This document shows, piece after piece, positions 18,163-27,407 of a DNA stretch of 60,052 bases; the stretch's first letter is position 1, and each line of letters opens with the position of its first letter. The translations under genes were made by a program, and so were the position numbers. Below the pieces are notes generated by a model, which did not search any database, was not told where the DNA came from, and worked only from the letters and a program-made list of their open reading frames with translations. This stretch comes from an uncultured Eubacteriales bacterium (lineage in GTDB: Bacteria > Actinomycetota > Coriobacteriia > Anaerosomatales > JAAXUF01), in the NCBI GenBank assembly GCA_964541375.1, contig CAZIPT010000004.1:1-60052 (forward strand), written 5' to 3'.

Positions 18163-19299
18163 CTAGGGTGCCGGCGGCGCTGCGCCGGTGGGAAGCGCCG
18201 ACGGGGGAGCCAGCGGCTCGTTCTCCGGGGCGATGGACTGCCGATAGCTCTCGACGGCGGCCTGCGCCTCAGCGAGCGATGGCATCAGCAGTCCGGCCTT
18301 GAGGCGCGGTTGGATGGCGAAGTCGAGTTCGTCGACCGGGATGGTGGTCTCCTCGGCGCGCTTTGAGAGCGTGATCCCCGCGAAGCTGCCGGGGACTCCC
18401 TGGTAGACCACGACGAAGCCGTTCTCGGCGATGATGTAGGCGCGTGAGCTCGCCACTCGGTACGCCGCGAACACCACGCCGCCCACCACGAGCGCGAAGA
18501 GCAGCAGCCAGCCGACGAGTGCGAGCCACCCGCGGCCGCGCCGCGCGCCGTCCGCGTCGACGGTGGCCCCGCGCACCGCTCCCTCACCGCCTATGTCGAC
18601 GATGACCACCGAGATGTTGTCGTGACCGCCGGCGTCGTTGGCCGCGTCGACCAGCGCACGGGCTGCTGCAGCCGGGTCGGCGTAGGTGGCGAGCGTCTCG
18701 GCGATCATGGCGTCCTCGAGCATGCCGGTCAGGCCGTCGCTGCACAGCAGTAGCCGGTCGCCCGGGCCAGCGGTGAGCTCGTAGGTGTCGGCGACGACCG
18801 CCGGGTCGGTTCCCAGCGCGCGTGTGATGACGCTGCGGTTGGGGTGGTAGCGCGCCTCGGCGTCGGTGAGCTGGCCTCGGCGGATCATGTCGGCGACCAT
18901 CGAGTGGTCGTCGGTGATCTGCTCGAGCCGACCCGAACGCAGCAGGTACGCGCGCGAATCGCCGATGTGCGCGATCGCTATCTGGGTGCCCTCGACGATG
19001 GCGGCCGTCATCGTTGTGCCCATGCCCGCCTTGCCGTAGCCCTCGCGCGCCGAGCGGATCACCTCGCGGTTAGCGGCCTTGACCGCGCGTGCGAGCGCCT
19101 TGGCGTCCGGACGACGCGGGGCGTGGTCACGCACGGTCTGGATCGCGATGGAGCTTGCGACCTCGCCGGCTTCATGCCCGCCGAGACCATCGGCGACCAC
19201 GAAGAGCGGCGGCTGGGCCAGGACGCTGTCTTCGTTGTGCGTGCGCACACGCCCGATGTCGGACAGCGCCGTCCAGCTCAGCTTGGTGCGCGCGCTCAT
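18163..19299 (-). CDS. pstP: PP2C-type Ser/Thr phosphatase (PstP/Stp1)
   Basis: NEDS, VADGLGGH, HIGDSRAY, LLCSDGL and GGHDNIS motifs; TM. Confidence 0.92.
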   Translation of the reverse strand: MSARTKLSWTALSDIGRVRTHNEDSVLAQPPLFVVADGLGGHEAGEVASSIAIQTVRDHAPRRPDAKALARAVKAANREVIRSAREGYGKAGMGTTMTAAIVEGTQIAIAHIGDSRAYLLRSGRLEQITDDHSMVADMIRRGQLTDAEARYHPNRSVITRALGTDPAVVADTYELTAGPGDRLLLCSDGLTGMLEDAMIAETLATYADPAAAARALVDAANDAGGHDNISVVIVDIGGEGAVRGATVDADGARRGRGWLALVGWLLLFALVVGGVVFAAYRVASSRAYIIAENGFVVVYQGVPGSFAGITLSKRAEETTIPVDELDFAIQPRLKAGLLMPSLAEAQAAVESYRQSIAPENEPLAPPSALPTGAAPPAP

Positions 19300-19712
19300 G
19301 ATCGGTCTACCTTGAGTTTGACGCTCCCGATATCGATCGCGTCTCCGGGTCGGAGCTGCTGTGGAGCGGTGAGACGCTGGCCGTTGAGTACCGTGCCGTT
19401 GGTCGAGCCCAGGTCTTCGATGACCGCGCCGTCACCGGCGGGGGAGATACGCGTGTGTTTGCCCGAGACGAAGTCGTCGCCGATGACGATGTCCGCCCCG
19501 GGCGACCTGCCGATGACCACCGGCCCGTTGATCGGAACGGTGATACCCATGAGCGCGCTCGGACCCTGAACCACCTTGACGATCCAGGCGCCTGCGCTCT
19601 TCTTGCGCTGCCCCGCGACCAGCCCGATCCCCGCCTTCACGGCGGCGAACAGGAACAGGTAGAGGAGTGCGAGCAGCAGAAGACGGCCCGCAAGCAGGAC
19701 GACATCGATCAT
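19296..19712 (-). CDS. FHA domain protein (FhaB/FipA-like)
   Basis: N-terminal TM; IGRS...SGKH...STNGT; ATGA overlaps with both neighbours. Confidence 0.9.
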   Translation of the reverse strand: MIDVVLLAGRLLLLALLYLFLFAAVKAGIGLVAGQRKKSAGAWIVKVVQGPSALMGITVPINGPVVIGRSPGADIVIGDDFVSGKHTRISPAGDGAVIEDLGSTNGTVLNGQRLTAPQQLRPGDAIDIGSVKLKVDRS

Positions 19713-20566
19713 CTGCGCGGCCTCGACTCGTGGAACAGAAGCTCGGTTACGCCGATAACCACGACATCGCCGTCTCGCAGGCGTAGCGAGTCGACGCGCT
19801 CGCCGTTGACCAGCGTGCCGTTGGTCGATCCCAGATCCTCGATCCGCCAGCCCGAGCCCTCGCGTACGAACGCCGCGTGCTGTCGTGAGGTGTTGGCATC
19901 GGCCAGGCACACGTCGCACGAGGCAAGCCGGCCCACCACCATGCGGTCCCCGCGCAGAACCACGTCGCGGTCGAGGCCTCCGATGCTCACGGTGGCGGAA
20001 CGGTCCTCGACGCTCGCCGGCACCCATTCATCGGGATCGAGGCCCTCGGCGGTTTCGATGTCGAAGAGCAGTCCCGATCTCACCACCGGAACCATCGGTG
20101 GGACAGCGGGAATCGACCCGACACGGCCGTCAGAGTCCGCCGGGAGGCCACCGCTGGAGATCGGCAGCTCTTCGTTGAGCTCCGCGGCCATCTCCTCGGG
20201 CGACAGCAGCTCGCCGATCACATCGAACCGGCCGAGCTTCAGGTCGTTGTCGACCAGGAAGCGGACGACGGGCCTGGTCGCGAGCGCGTACGAGTGGTCA
20301 CGCGCCTCACTGACCAGGTAGGTCTCGAGCTCACCGGCGAGCGTCTCGGCGAATCCGCCGAGCTGAGCGTCGTCGGCCGGAGAGAGCAGCACGTTGTAGA
20401 GGGTGGGAGCGAAGACCTTGCCCACACCGACCACCTTGCGGCGCTCCATCTCGCGCGCCAGCTTGCGAGCGATCTCGGCGGGCTGGACGGGGGAGCGGAA
20501 GACGCGCGCGAAGCCGCCTTCGACGACGTTGCCGATGCGGTCCTCGAAGTCCGAGAGAATGCTCAC
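19709..20566 (-). CDS. FhaA-like protein (DUF3662 + FHA)
   Basis: FRSPVQPAEIARKL N-terminal domain; GR...SRQH...STNGT FHA domain. Confidence 0.9.
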   Translation of the reverse strand: MSILSDFEDRIGNVVEGGFARVFRSPVQPAEIARKLAREMERRKVVGVGKVFAPTLYNVLLSPADDAQLGGFAETLAGELETYLVSEARDHSYALATRPVVRFLVDNDLKLGRFDVIGELLSPEEMAAELNEELPISSGGLPADSDGRVGSIPAVPPMVPVVRSGLLFDIETAEGLDPDEWVPASVEDRSATVSIGGLDRDVVLRGDRMVVGRLASCDVCLADANTSRQHAAFVREGSGWRIEDLGSTNGTLVNGERVDSLRLRDGDVVVIGVTELLFHESRPRR

Positions 20567-22371
20567 TGCGATTCCGCCTCTTCCCACGCATCATCGTCGT
20601 CGGAGGTGTCGCGGTCGGACCTGCCGACAAGACCCTCCTCCTCGGCACGCAGCGGAGCTCCGAGCGCCGCGACCAGTCCCACAAGTATAAGGGAGGCACC
20701 GAGCGAGACGAGGAACGGTGTTCCAGCCCAGATAGCGCCGTCGCCCCAGTCATGGGCGGCCTGTCCGGCAAGCACCTGCGTTCCGTAGAGCACGGCTCCG
20801 CCGAGGGCCGTGCCCAGCAACGCGGCGACTCGAGAGGCCCGGCGGGCCAGGAACGACATGACCACGGCTGCCAGCGGCCAACCCGCCAGAGCCATCCACG
20901 TCGCCGGCTGGCTGAATGTCGCGCGCACCGCGGCCCCCGCAAGCAGAATGCGTTGCGGGTCGGTGAACACGAGCGGGTCGACGATCGCGTACGGCGCGAC
21001 GGAGCCGGACACGCAGGCTGCGAGCAGTACCAGCGTCCCGCCGACGAGCGCGGCGGCCGCGGCTTCAAGCGGTGGCAGGACGAACCCCGCCAGGAGCGGC
21101 ATCGCGTACGGGACGTGCACGACCGCGAGCAGCGGCGCCGAGAGGGGCAGCACGGCCCCGCCCGCGCTCTTGCGTGCGCCGAACCACCACCACGCTGCAG
21201 CACCGGCGGCGAAGAGCGTCGCCAGTACCCACAGGCGAAGCGCGTACAGTCCGACCGTGAACGCGACGAGACCGAGGCCGGTACCGAGGGAGGGCGCGAA
21301 TCCTCCCGCAACTGCAGCTGCCCCTGCCGCTGCCAGCAGAGGGAGCGGCTCGATGCCGAGCGGGGACAGCCCCGCCCATGTCAGCCAGGCAGATTCGACC
21401 GCCGCCACCCCGCGCAGCAGCGCGAAGCCGAGCCGGCCCTGAAGCCGGTCCCACAGGCCGATTCGATCCCAGTCCGGGTTCTCGGCGGTTTCGGAATCGA
21501 TGGCGGAGTGCGCCTCGGCCAGCTCGCCCAGAGAATCGAGGCCGGCCGCCGGATCGCCCAAGTACGGCAACAGCGCATCGGTGAAAGCAGCGACGCTGGG
21601 GTAGCGTTCGAGAGGCTGCGGCCCGAGCCCGGCGAGCACCACATCGTCGACGGCGTCGTTGAGCCGCGGCGCAACCGACGTGGGCGGGGCGGGATCGAGC
21701 GTCTCGAGTCGGTCTCGCGCCTCCACCACGCTCGTGGCGACAAACGGGTTTGTGCCGGTGAGGCACTCGTAGGCGAGCACCGCGAGGCCCCATTCGTCGG
21801 TGGATTCGTCCACCGCCATCCCGTCGATCTGTTCCAGCGGCATGTAGCCCAGAGTCCCGCCCGTCCCGCTCCCGTGCCCCGTCGCCGAGGACAGCTCCGC
21901 CATCCCAAAGTCGGCGACCTTGATCCGGCCGTCTCGGGAGATCAGAACGTTGCCGGGCTTGATGTCGAGATGCAGGACTCCATTGCCGTGCGCGAACTCC
22001 AGAGCATCGGCTACCGCGCCAACAACGGCCGCTGTCTCATCGGCATCGAGCGGTCCTCGGATGCGGTCGAGTAGGACCTCGAGCGAACAGCCGTCGACGA
22101 ACTCCATGATGAGGAACGCCTCGTCGAAGTCGGTAGCGAAGTCGTAGACGGTCACGATCGCGGGGTGGTTGAGCATCGCAGCGGTGCGAGCCTCGGCCAG
22201 GCCGGGCGGGTTGTGCTGCACGGCGCCGCGCGCGTCGAGCGGAAGGGGGAGACGCTTGATGGCCACCCGGCGCTGCATCCGCGTGTCCCACGCGAGAACG
22301 ACGACGCCAAAGCCGCCTTCGCCGAGCTCGGCGATGGGGCGGTAGCGGTCAAGGATGAGCTGTTGCTCCAC
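20563..22371 (-). CDS. Ser/Thr protein kinase with polytopic C-terminal membrane domain
   Basis: GEGGFG, VAIK, HLDIKPGN, DFG; many hydrophobic helices; GTG 22371 after GGAGG. Confidence 0.88.
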   Translation of the reverse strand: MEQQLILDRYRPIAELGEGGFGVVVLAWDTRMQRRVAIKRLPLPLDARGAVQHNPPGLAEARTAAMLNHPAIVTVYDFATDFDEAFLIMEFVDGCSLEVLLDRIRGPLDADETAAVVGAVADALEFAHGNGVLHLDIKPGNVLISRDGRIKVADFGMAELSSATGHGSGTGGTLGYMPLEQIDGMAVDESTDEWGLAVLAYECLTGTNPFVATSVVEARDRLETLDPAPPTSVAPRLNDAVDDVVLAGLGPQPLERYPSVAAFTDALLPYLGDPAAGLDSLGELAEAHSAIDSETAENPDWDRIGLWDRLQGRLGFALLRGVAAVESAWLTWAGLSPLGIEPLPLLAAAGAAAVAGGFAPSLGTGLGLVAFTVGLYALRLWVLATLFAAGAAAWWWFGARKSAGGAVLPLSAPLLAVVHVPYAMPLLAGFVLPPLEAAAAALVGGTLVLLAACVSGSVAPYAIVDPLVFTDPQRILLAGAAVRATFSQPATWMALAGWPLAAVVMSFLARRASRVAALLGTALGGAVLYGTQVLAGQAAHDWGDGAIWAGTPFLVSLGASLILVGLVAALGAPLRAEEEGLVGRSDRDTSDDDDAWEEAESQ

Positions 22372-22523
22372 ACGCCTCCGAATGTCGCCACCGGCCGGTC
22401 TGGTCCCCGAGGCCATTCTAGCCGAGCCGCCGGGCGTCCCTAGCTCAGGACTACGCGCGCGCTCGCGGGACCGAGGCGGTATCATCATGTGAGCGGACTT
22501 CAAGTGGACTGGGGAGGTCGACC

Positions 22524-23888
22524 ATGAAGCGCGTTGTTGCATGCCTCGCGGTTGCGGGAGCGTTGATCGGCGCACTGTACACGCCGGCGATTGCGCTGGG
22601 CTTACTGTCGCAGCCGGCGGACGGCCAGAAAGTGGCCCTGACGAACTGGGCGGAGGTCATCTACGAGTATCCGGTGGGAAGCGGCATCTGGTATTTCGAC
22701 GGGATCACCGGGAACTACACTACCGACGTCTCGCCCCTCTACTACGGACCCACCGGTTCCAGCGTGAGCCTGGTCGATCCGCACCTCTCTGTCGAGTACC
22801 GCACCGCTGCCGACGCTGTCCTGAGCCGAGAGACGTTCGCCATCGGCTCGAATATCATCGGTGCCTACGGAGACCCGTCCTCCTATAGGCCGTTTCACCT
22901 TCGTCTGAACCTGCCGGCTGGCGCAGATCCCCTCCGGACCCGCTCCGCGATCGAGGTGGCACCTTCCGATCCGGAGTTTCCGAAGTACCAGTTCGCGACA
23001 GCGAACCGCTCGGCCGTGTACGAAGAAATCGACGTTGCGTGGGGAACGATCGATAGCACCACACTTGGCGGAGGACGCACCCAGCGCACGGTGACCGTCA
23101 CGAACAACTCCGGCCATCTCGTGGGCCCCATCCGCATTGCGGGCAGGGAGACGTATGGGTCAGGGGGCAGCCCGCCTTTTCTGGACTCTCACGACGTGAC
23201 GCCGGAGGACCCCGCCAAGGCGCTCCTTCTCGGCAACGGGGAGTCGACGACGTTCATCTTGCGAGGCCTCGCGGTCGCGCCCGAACTCCCGCGCACGCCC
23301 GGTTGCTGGATCGAAGCCGAGCGTCCCAGCCTCATAGGCACAGTGACTTGGGCTGGCACCCCGCTTTCCGGCGTCACGGTGACTCCGTGGGGCAACTACA
23401 CCCCGATGACGACCATCGCCAACGGTAAGTACGCCAAGGTCGGGCTTGTCGGCCTGCCGGCAGGCAACTCGGTCACCTATTCGAAGCCTGGCTTCGACAG
23501 TCAGACGCGCACAGTCGTCCTCTCTGGAGGCGGCACGGCGACTCAGGACGTCGCGATGACGATCACGCCTTCGATCGCACGGTCGCCTAAGCCGTCATCG
23601 CTCACCTACAAGCGGCGCAAGGGCAAGGTCAAGTACACCCTCTCAGCCACAGTGAAGGCCGCCGACGCGACTCCAGCCGCCGGCGTCCGTGTTCGCCTGG
23701 AGAAGAGCGCCAACGGGCGCACCAAGTGGAAGACGGTCGCGACTTTCACCACCGACTCCGCTGGCAAGGTTGCGAAGAGCTACACATCCAGGAAGAAATC
23801 GACGACATACTACCGCTGGGTGGTCATCCCACAGTCGGCAGTCAGCGCGACTCCCAAGACGACGAAGCAGAAGGTCAGAGTCAAGTAG
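22524..23888 (+). CDS. Secreted protein with carboxypeptidase-regulatory-like domain and Lys/Arg-rich C-terminal domain
   Basis: Signal peptide; GTVTWAGTPLSGVTVT domain; GGGGAGG RBS. Confidence 0.8.
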   Translation: MKRVVACLAVAGALIGALYTPAIALGLLSQPADGQKVALTNWAEVIYEYPVGSGIWYFDGITGNYTTDVSPLYYGPTGSSVSLVDPHLSVEYRTAADAVLSRETFAIGSNIIGAYGDPSSYRPFHLRLNLPAGADPLRTRSAIEVAPSDPEFPKYQFATANRSAVYEEIDVAWGTIDSTTLGGGRTQRTVTVTNNSGHLVGPIRIAGRETYGSGGSPPFLDSHDVTPEDPAKALLLGNGESTTFILRGLAVAPELPRTPGCWIEAERPSLIGTVTWAGTPLSGVTVTPWGNYTPMTTIANGKYAKVGLVGLPAGNSVTYSKPGFDSQTRTVVLSGGGTATQDVAMTITPSIARSPKPSSLTYKRRKGKVKYTLSATVKAADATPAAGVRVRLEKSANGRTKWKTVATFTTDSAGKVAKSYTSRKKSTTYYRWVVIPQSAVSATPKTTKQKVRVK

Positions 23889-23914
23889 ACTCGCGCACTC
23901 CAGGAAGCTCGATT

Positions 23915-23942
23915 CGAAGGGCGGGATTCTTCCCGCCCTTCG
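23915..23942 (+). terminator. Terminator hairpin
   Basis: CGAAGGGCGGGA/TCCCGCCCTTCG inverted repeat. Confidence 0.7.
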
Positions 23943-24091
23943 GCGCGAGGTGCCGGCCGAAGGCGCGTAGACGCGAGAGACCTCGCGAATGCGGGTAGCT
24001 ACTAAGTTCAGACGCGGTAGAGACCAGCGATAGGGAGCATGGGGGAGACTTGCTTCCAGCTTGGTCGCGTTCTCGATGAGGGGGGTGCCTG

Positions 24092-26050
24092 ATGGCGCCG
24101 CGGGTGAAGGATGCGCTCTTGGTGGCACCAGCGCCTGACGAGCTCGGTCCCATGCTGGGGCCGAAGCCGACGCTCGCGCTGCGCGATCGGGTCGAGCATG
24201 CCACGCACGCGGGCACGTGGCGCCTCGACTTGGACACGGGTCAGCTGGACTGGTCGCCGGGAATGTTCAATGCCGCGGGCATCGAGGCTGGGTCCGTCGG
24301 TAGGGACCTGGCGGCAGTATCCGTCGGGCTGATGCACCCGGACGACCGGCAACGCGTCGAGGAGCTCATGCTTGACGCTCGGGATACGGGAGCCATTCCC
24401 GACTACGAGTATCGGATCATCCGGCCTGACGGAGAGATTCGCACGATGGCGGCATCCGCCGAGGCCGAATTCGACGCCGATGCGAGGCCTGTCGCTCTTG
24501 TCGGCTGTGCGCAGGACGTCACCGAGACGCGCGACGTGGAACAGGTGATCGATGCCCGGCTCCGACTCCTGCACTTCGCGGCGTCGCACTCACTTGGCGA
24601 TCTCTTGCAGGAGACTCTCGACGAGGCGGAGACCATGACCAGCAGCCTCATCGGCTTCTACCACTTCGTCGATGATGGCGAGGAGGGCCTGACGCTGCAG
24701 AACTGGTCCACGCGCACCAAACATGACTTCTGCAAAGCGGCTGGGCGAGGTCTGCACTATCCCGTCTCACAGGCGGGCGTCTGGGTCGACTGCGTGAGGC
24801 AGCGCGATGTCGTCATACATAACGACTACGAGTCCCTGACCACCAAGAGGGGGTTGCCTGAGGGACACGCTCCGGTCGTGCGGGAGTTGGTGGTGCCGGT
24901 GCTGAGGGACGGGTCGGTTCGGGCGATCCTCGGAGTCGGCAACAAGCAGGTTGACTACACCGCGCGTGACGTCGAGGTCGTCTCGGCGCTGGCGGACTTC
25001 GCCTGGGAGATAGCCGAACGGAAGCGTACTGAGGAGGAGCTGGAAGAGAACCGCGAGCGAAACACCGAGCTCACCCAGACCATTGCGCAGGGTGTCGTCT
25101 ATCACGATGCCAACGGGAAGGTCACTGCGGCGAACCCGGCGGCGTGCCGAATCCTGGGCCTGTCGATGGACGAGATAACCGAGCGGTTCGCCCTCGACAA
25201 CGGATTCCAGATGATTCGTGAGGACGGCTCGAGGCTGCCCAGCAGGGAGCACCCGGCAGTCCTTGCGCTCAGCACCGGATGCGAGGTCAGAGGTGTGCCG
25301 ATTGGCATTGTCAGCCCGGGGCACGACGACGTCGTCTGGCTGCTGGTCGACGCGGTGCCACGCTTCCGCGCCGAGTCGGACGAACCGTTCGAGGTCCAGT
25401 CCACCTTCACGGACATCACCGAGATCAAACGCGCTGAGTCGGAGCTTGCCTCGAGCTTCGAACAGCTCGAGGTGATGTACGAAGAGACGATTGCCACGAT
25501 CGGCAACATCGCCGAGTTGCGAGACCCCTACACCGCGGGACATCAGAAACGGGTTGGCAAGCTGGCGGCCGTGATCGGGCGGCGGATGGGCTTGGATGAC
25601 GATGCCGTGCGGGGGCTTCTCATCGCGGGAACAGTCCACGACATCGGCAAGATGACGGTCCCGGCGGAGACGCTGAGCAGGCCCGGAAAGCTCAGCGACA
25701 CGGAGCTGGAGTTGGTGCGAACTCACACGTCCGCCGGCAGTGCGATCCTCGGACACATCGACTTCCCCTGGCCCGTCGCCGCAGTCGCTCTGCAACACCA
25801 CGAGCGTCTTGACGGCTCGGGCTATCCGGAAGGACTCGCTGGTGATCAGATTCTCCTGGAGGCACGGATCATGGCCGTTGCCGACGTGGTTGAGGCGATG
25901 TCGTCGCACCGACCGTATCGTCCCGCGCTGGGTGTCGATGCCGCGCTGGAAGAGATCACGCGGGGGCGGGGCAGCGTCTACGACCCGGATGCGGTCGACG
26001 CATGCGTGGCCGTCATCAGGGAGGATAGGTTCTTGATGGAGCCCATCTAG
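24092..26050 (+). CDS. PAS-GAF-PAS-HD-GYP cyclic dinucleotide phosphodiesterase
   Basis: RDPYTAGH, HDIGK, HHERLDGSGYP, RPYR motifs. Confidence 0.92.
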   Translation: MAPRVKDALLVAPAPDELGPMLGPKPTLALRDRVEHATHAGTWRLDLDTGQLDWSPGMFNAAGIEAGSVGRDLAAVSVGLMHPDDRQRVEELMLDARDTGAIPDYEYRIIRPDGEIRTMAASAEAEFDADARPVALVGCAQDVTETRDVEQVIDARLRLLHFAASHSLGDLLQETLDEAETMTSSLIGFYHFVDDGEEGLTLQNWSTRTKHDFCKAAGRGLHYPVSQAGVWVDCVRQRDVVIHNDYESLTTKRGLPEGHAPVVRELVVPVLRDGSVRAILGVGNKQVDYTARDVEVVSALADFAWEIAERKRTEEELEENRERNTELTQTIAQGVVYHDANGKVTAANPAACRILGLSMDEITERFALDNGFQMIREDGSRLPSREHPAVLALSTGCEVRGVPIGIVSPGHDDVVWLLVDAVPRFRAESDEPFEVQSTFTDITEIKRAESELASSFEQLEVMYEETIATIGNIAELRDPYTAGHQKRVGKLAAVIGRRMGLDDDAVRGLLIAGTVHDIGKMTVPAETLSRPGKLSDTELELVRTHTSAGSAILGHIDFPWPVAAVALQHHERLDGSGYPEGLAGDQILLEARIMAVADVVEAMSSHRPYRPALGVDAALEEITRGRGSVYDPDAVDACVAVIREDRFLMEPI

Positions 26051-26144
26051 CCCTTGGCTCGCGGAGCACAGAGTGTCGCATGCCGATTCACCTTGCCGGT
26101 ATGCGAAACTGGTCCCGATCTAGCGCCCCGTTTCAGGAGCTTCC

Positions 26145-27158
26145 TTGTCGCCCACGCTCACGGTTGTCATCCCTGCGCTCAACGAATCCGAGCGCCTGCC
26201 AGACCTCCTCGGCACGCTGGCGCGGCAGACGCGGCCGCCGGACCAGGTCGTGATCGCGGACGCGGGTTCGACCGACGGCACTCGTGCCATCGCCGAGCAG
26301 CACGGCGCGCAGGTGGTCGAGGGCGGCAAGCCTGCAGCCGGTCGCAACGCAGGCGCCCGCGTCGCGACCTCCGACCTCATTCTGTTCCTCGACGCCGACG
26401 ACGAGCTGGACGACGACTTCGTCGCGACCGCGATTGCCGAGTTCGGCGAGCGCGAATTGGCCGTTGCGACCACCTTCGTCGACCCGATCGAGCGCGACGC
26501 TCGCAACGTCTTCGCGTGCGAGGTCGTCAACATGTACCTCGACGTGATGCAGTACGTCGCGCCGCACGCGCCTGGGTTCTGCATCCTCGTTCGCCGAGAA
26601 GTCCACGAGACCATCGGCGGCTTCGACGAGACCGTCGTGCTCGCCGAGGACCACGACTACGTTCAGCGCGCGGCCGGTCAGGGCACTTTCCGCGTGCTCC
26701 GAAACTGCATGGTGGGCACATCGATGCGGCGCATTGAGAAGGAGGGCCTGGTCCGCCTCGCCTTTAAGTACCTCTACTGCGAGCTGTACGTGGTCACTGG
26801 TCGTCCCATCCGAGAAGTCCCGTTCGACTACGAGTTCGCCGCGTTCGCGCCCACCGCCGAGAAGGGCGGACCTCCGGCCATCGAAGCGCTGCGAGCGCAG
26901 ATCGGCGAGCTGGCGGACGCGGTCTTCTCGGCGTCTGCTGATGGCATCGAATCGCTGGTCAAGCTCGGCTCGGCCGATGTTTCGCCGACGGCGTTCGACC
27001 GCGCTTTGCGCGAGCTGGCCGGCGCGGACATCAAGCGGCTGGAGCGCTACATCGGCGCACGCGCGCGTCTTGCGCGGCGTACGCCTCGGAAGGCGGCGGA
27101 GCGCATTCGCGCTGCTGGCGGCGCCATCTGGCGAGGTCTCGGCGGGAACGCCGAGTAG
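26145..27158 (+). CDS. Glycosyltransferase family 2
   Basis: VVIPALNE, DAGSTDGT, GRNAGA, FLDAD and GGFDE...ED motifs. Confidence 0.9.
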   Translation: MSPTLTVVIPALNESERLPDLLGTLARQTRPPDQVVIADAGSTDGTRAIAEQHGAQVVEGGKPAAGRNAGARVATSDLILFLDADDELDDDFVATAIAEFGERELAVATTFVDPIERDARNVFACEVVNMYLDVMQYVAPHAPGFCILVRREVHETIGGFDETVVLAEDHDYVQRAAGQGTFRVLRNCMVGTSMRRIEKEGLVRLAFKYLYCELYVVTGRPIREVPFDYEFAAFAPTAEKGGPPAIEALRAQIGELADAVFSASADGIESLVKLGSADVSPTAFDRALRELAGADIKRLERYIGARARLARRTPRKAAERIRAAGGAIWRGLGGNAE

Positions 27159-27211
27159 GGCAACGAGGCCGCTCGGGCAGGAATAGCGCGTCTCGGTGGG
27201 TATATCACTCC

Positions 27212-27310
27212 TTGAAGGGGAGTAGTCGGCCGGGCGTTGCTCGGCGGTCCGGTCGTCATCACGGGTGCCTCGCACGGACCCCGGGCGGACCATAAGGAGA
27301 CCAGACCTTC
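27212..27310 (+). ncRNA. yybP-ykoY (Mn2+-sensing) riboswitch
   Basis: AAGGGGAGTAG 5' signature, GTCGTCATCACGG...CCGG internal motif, GACCTT closing strand; upstream of a P-type ATPase. Confidence 0.85.
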
Positions 27311-27339
27311 GGCGCGAAGCATGCCGAGGGTCTTTCTGT
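27303..27339 (+). terminator. Riboswitch expression-platform terminator
   Basis: AGACCTTCGGC/GCCGAGGGTCT hairpin + TTCTGT; its 5' arm overlaps the aptamer 3' strand. Confidence 0.7.
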
Positions 27340-27407
27340 GTCCTCGTCCTGTCCCGGCCTAGCTGGGTGAATTCGCGTCGCATGCCGTCTGGACACAGGA
27401 GGAAGCG

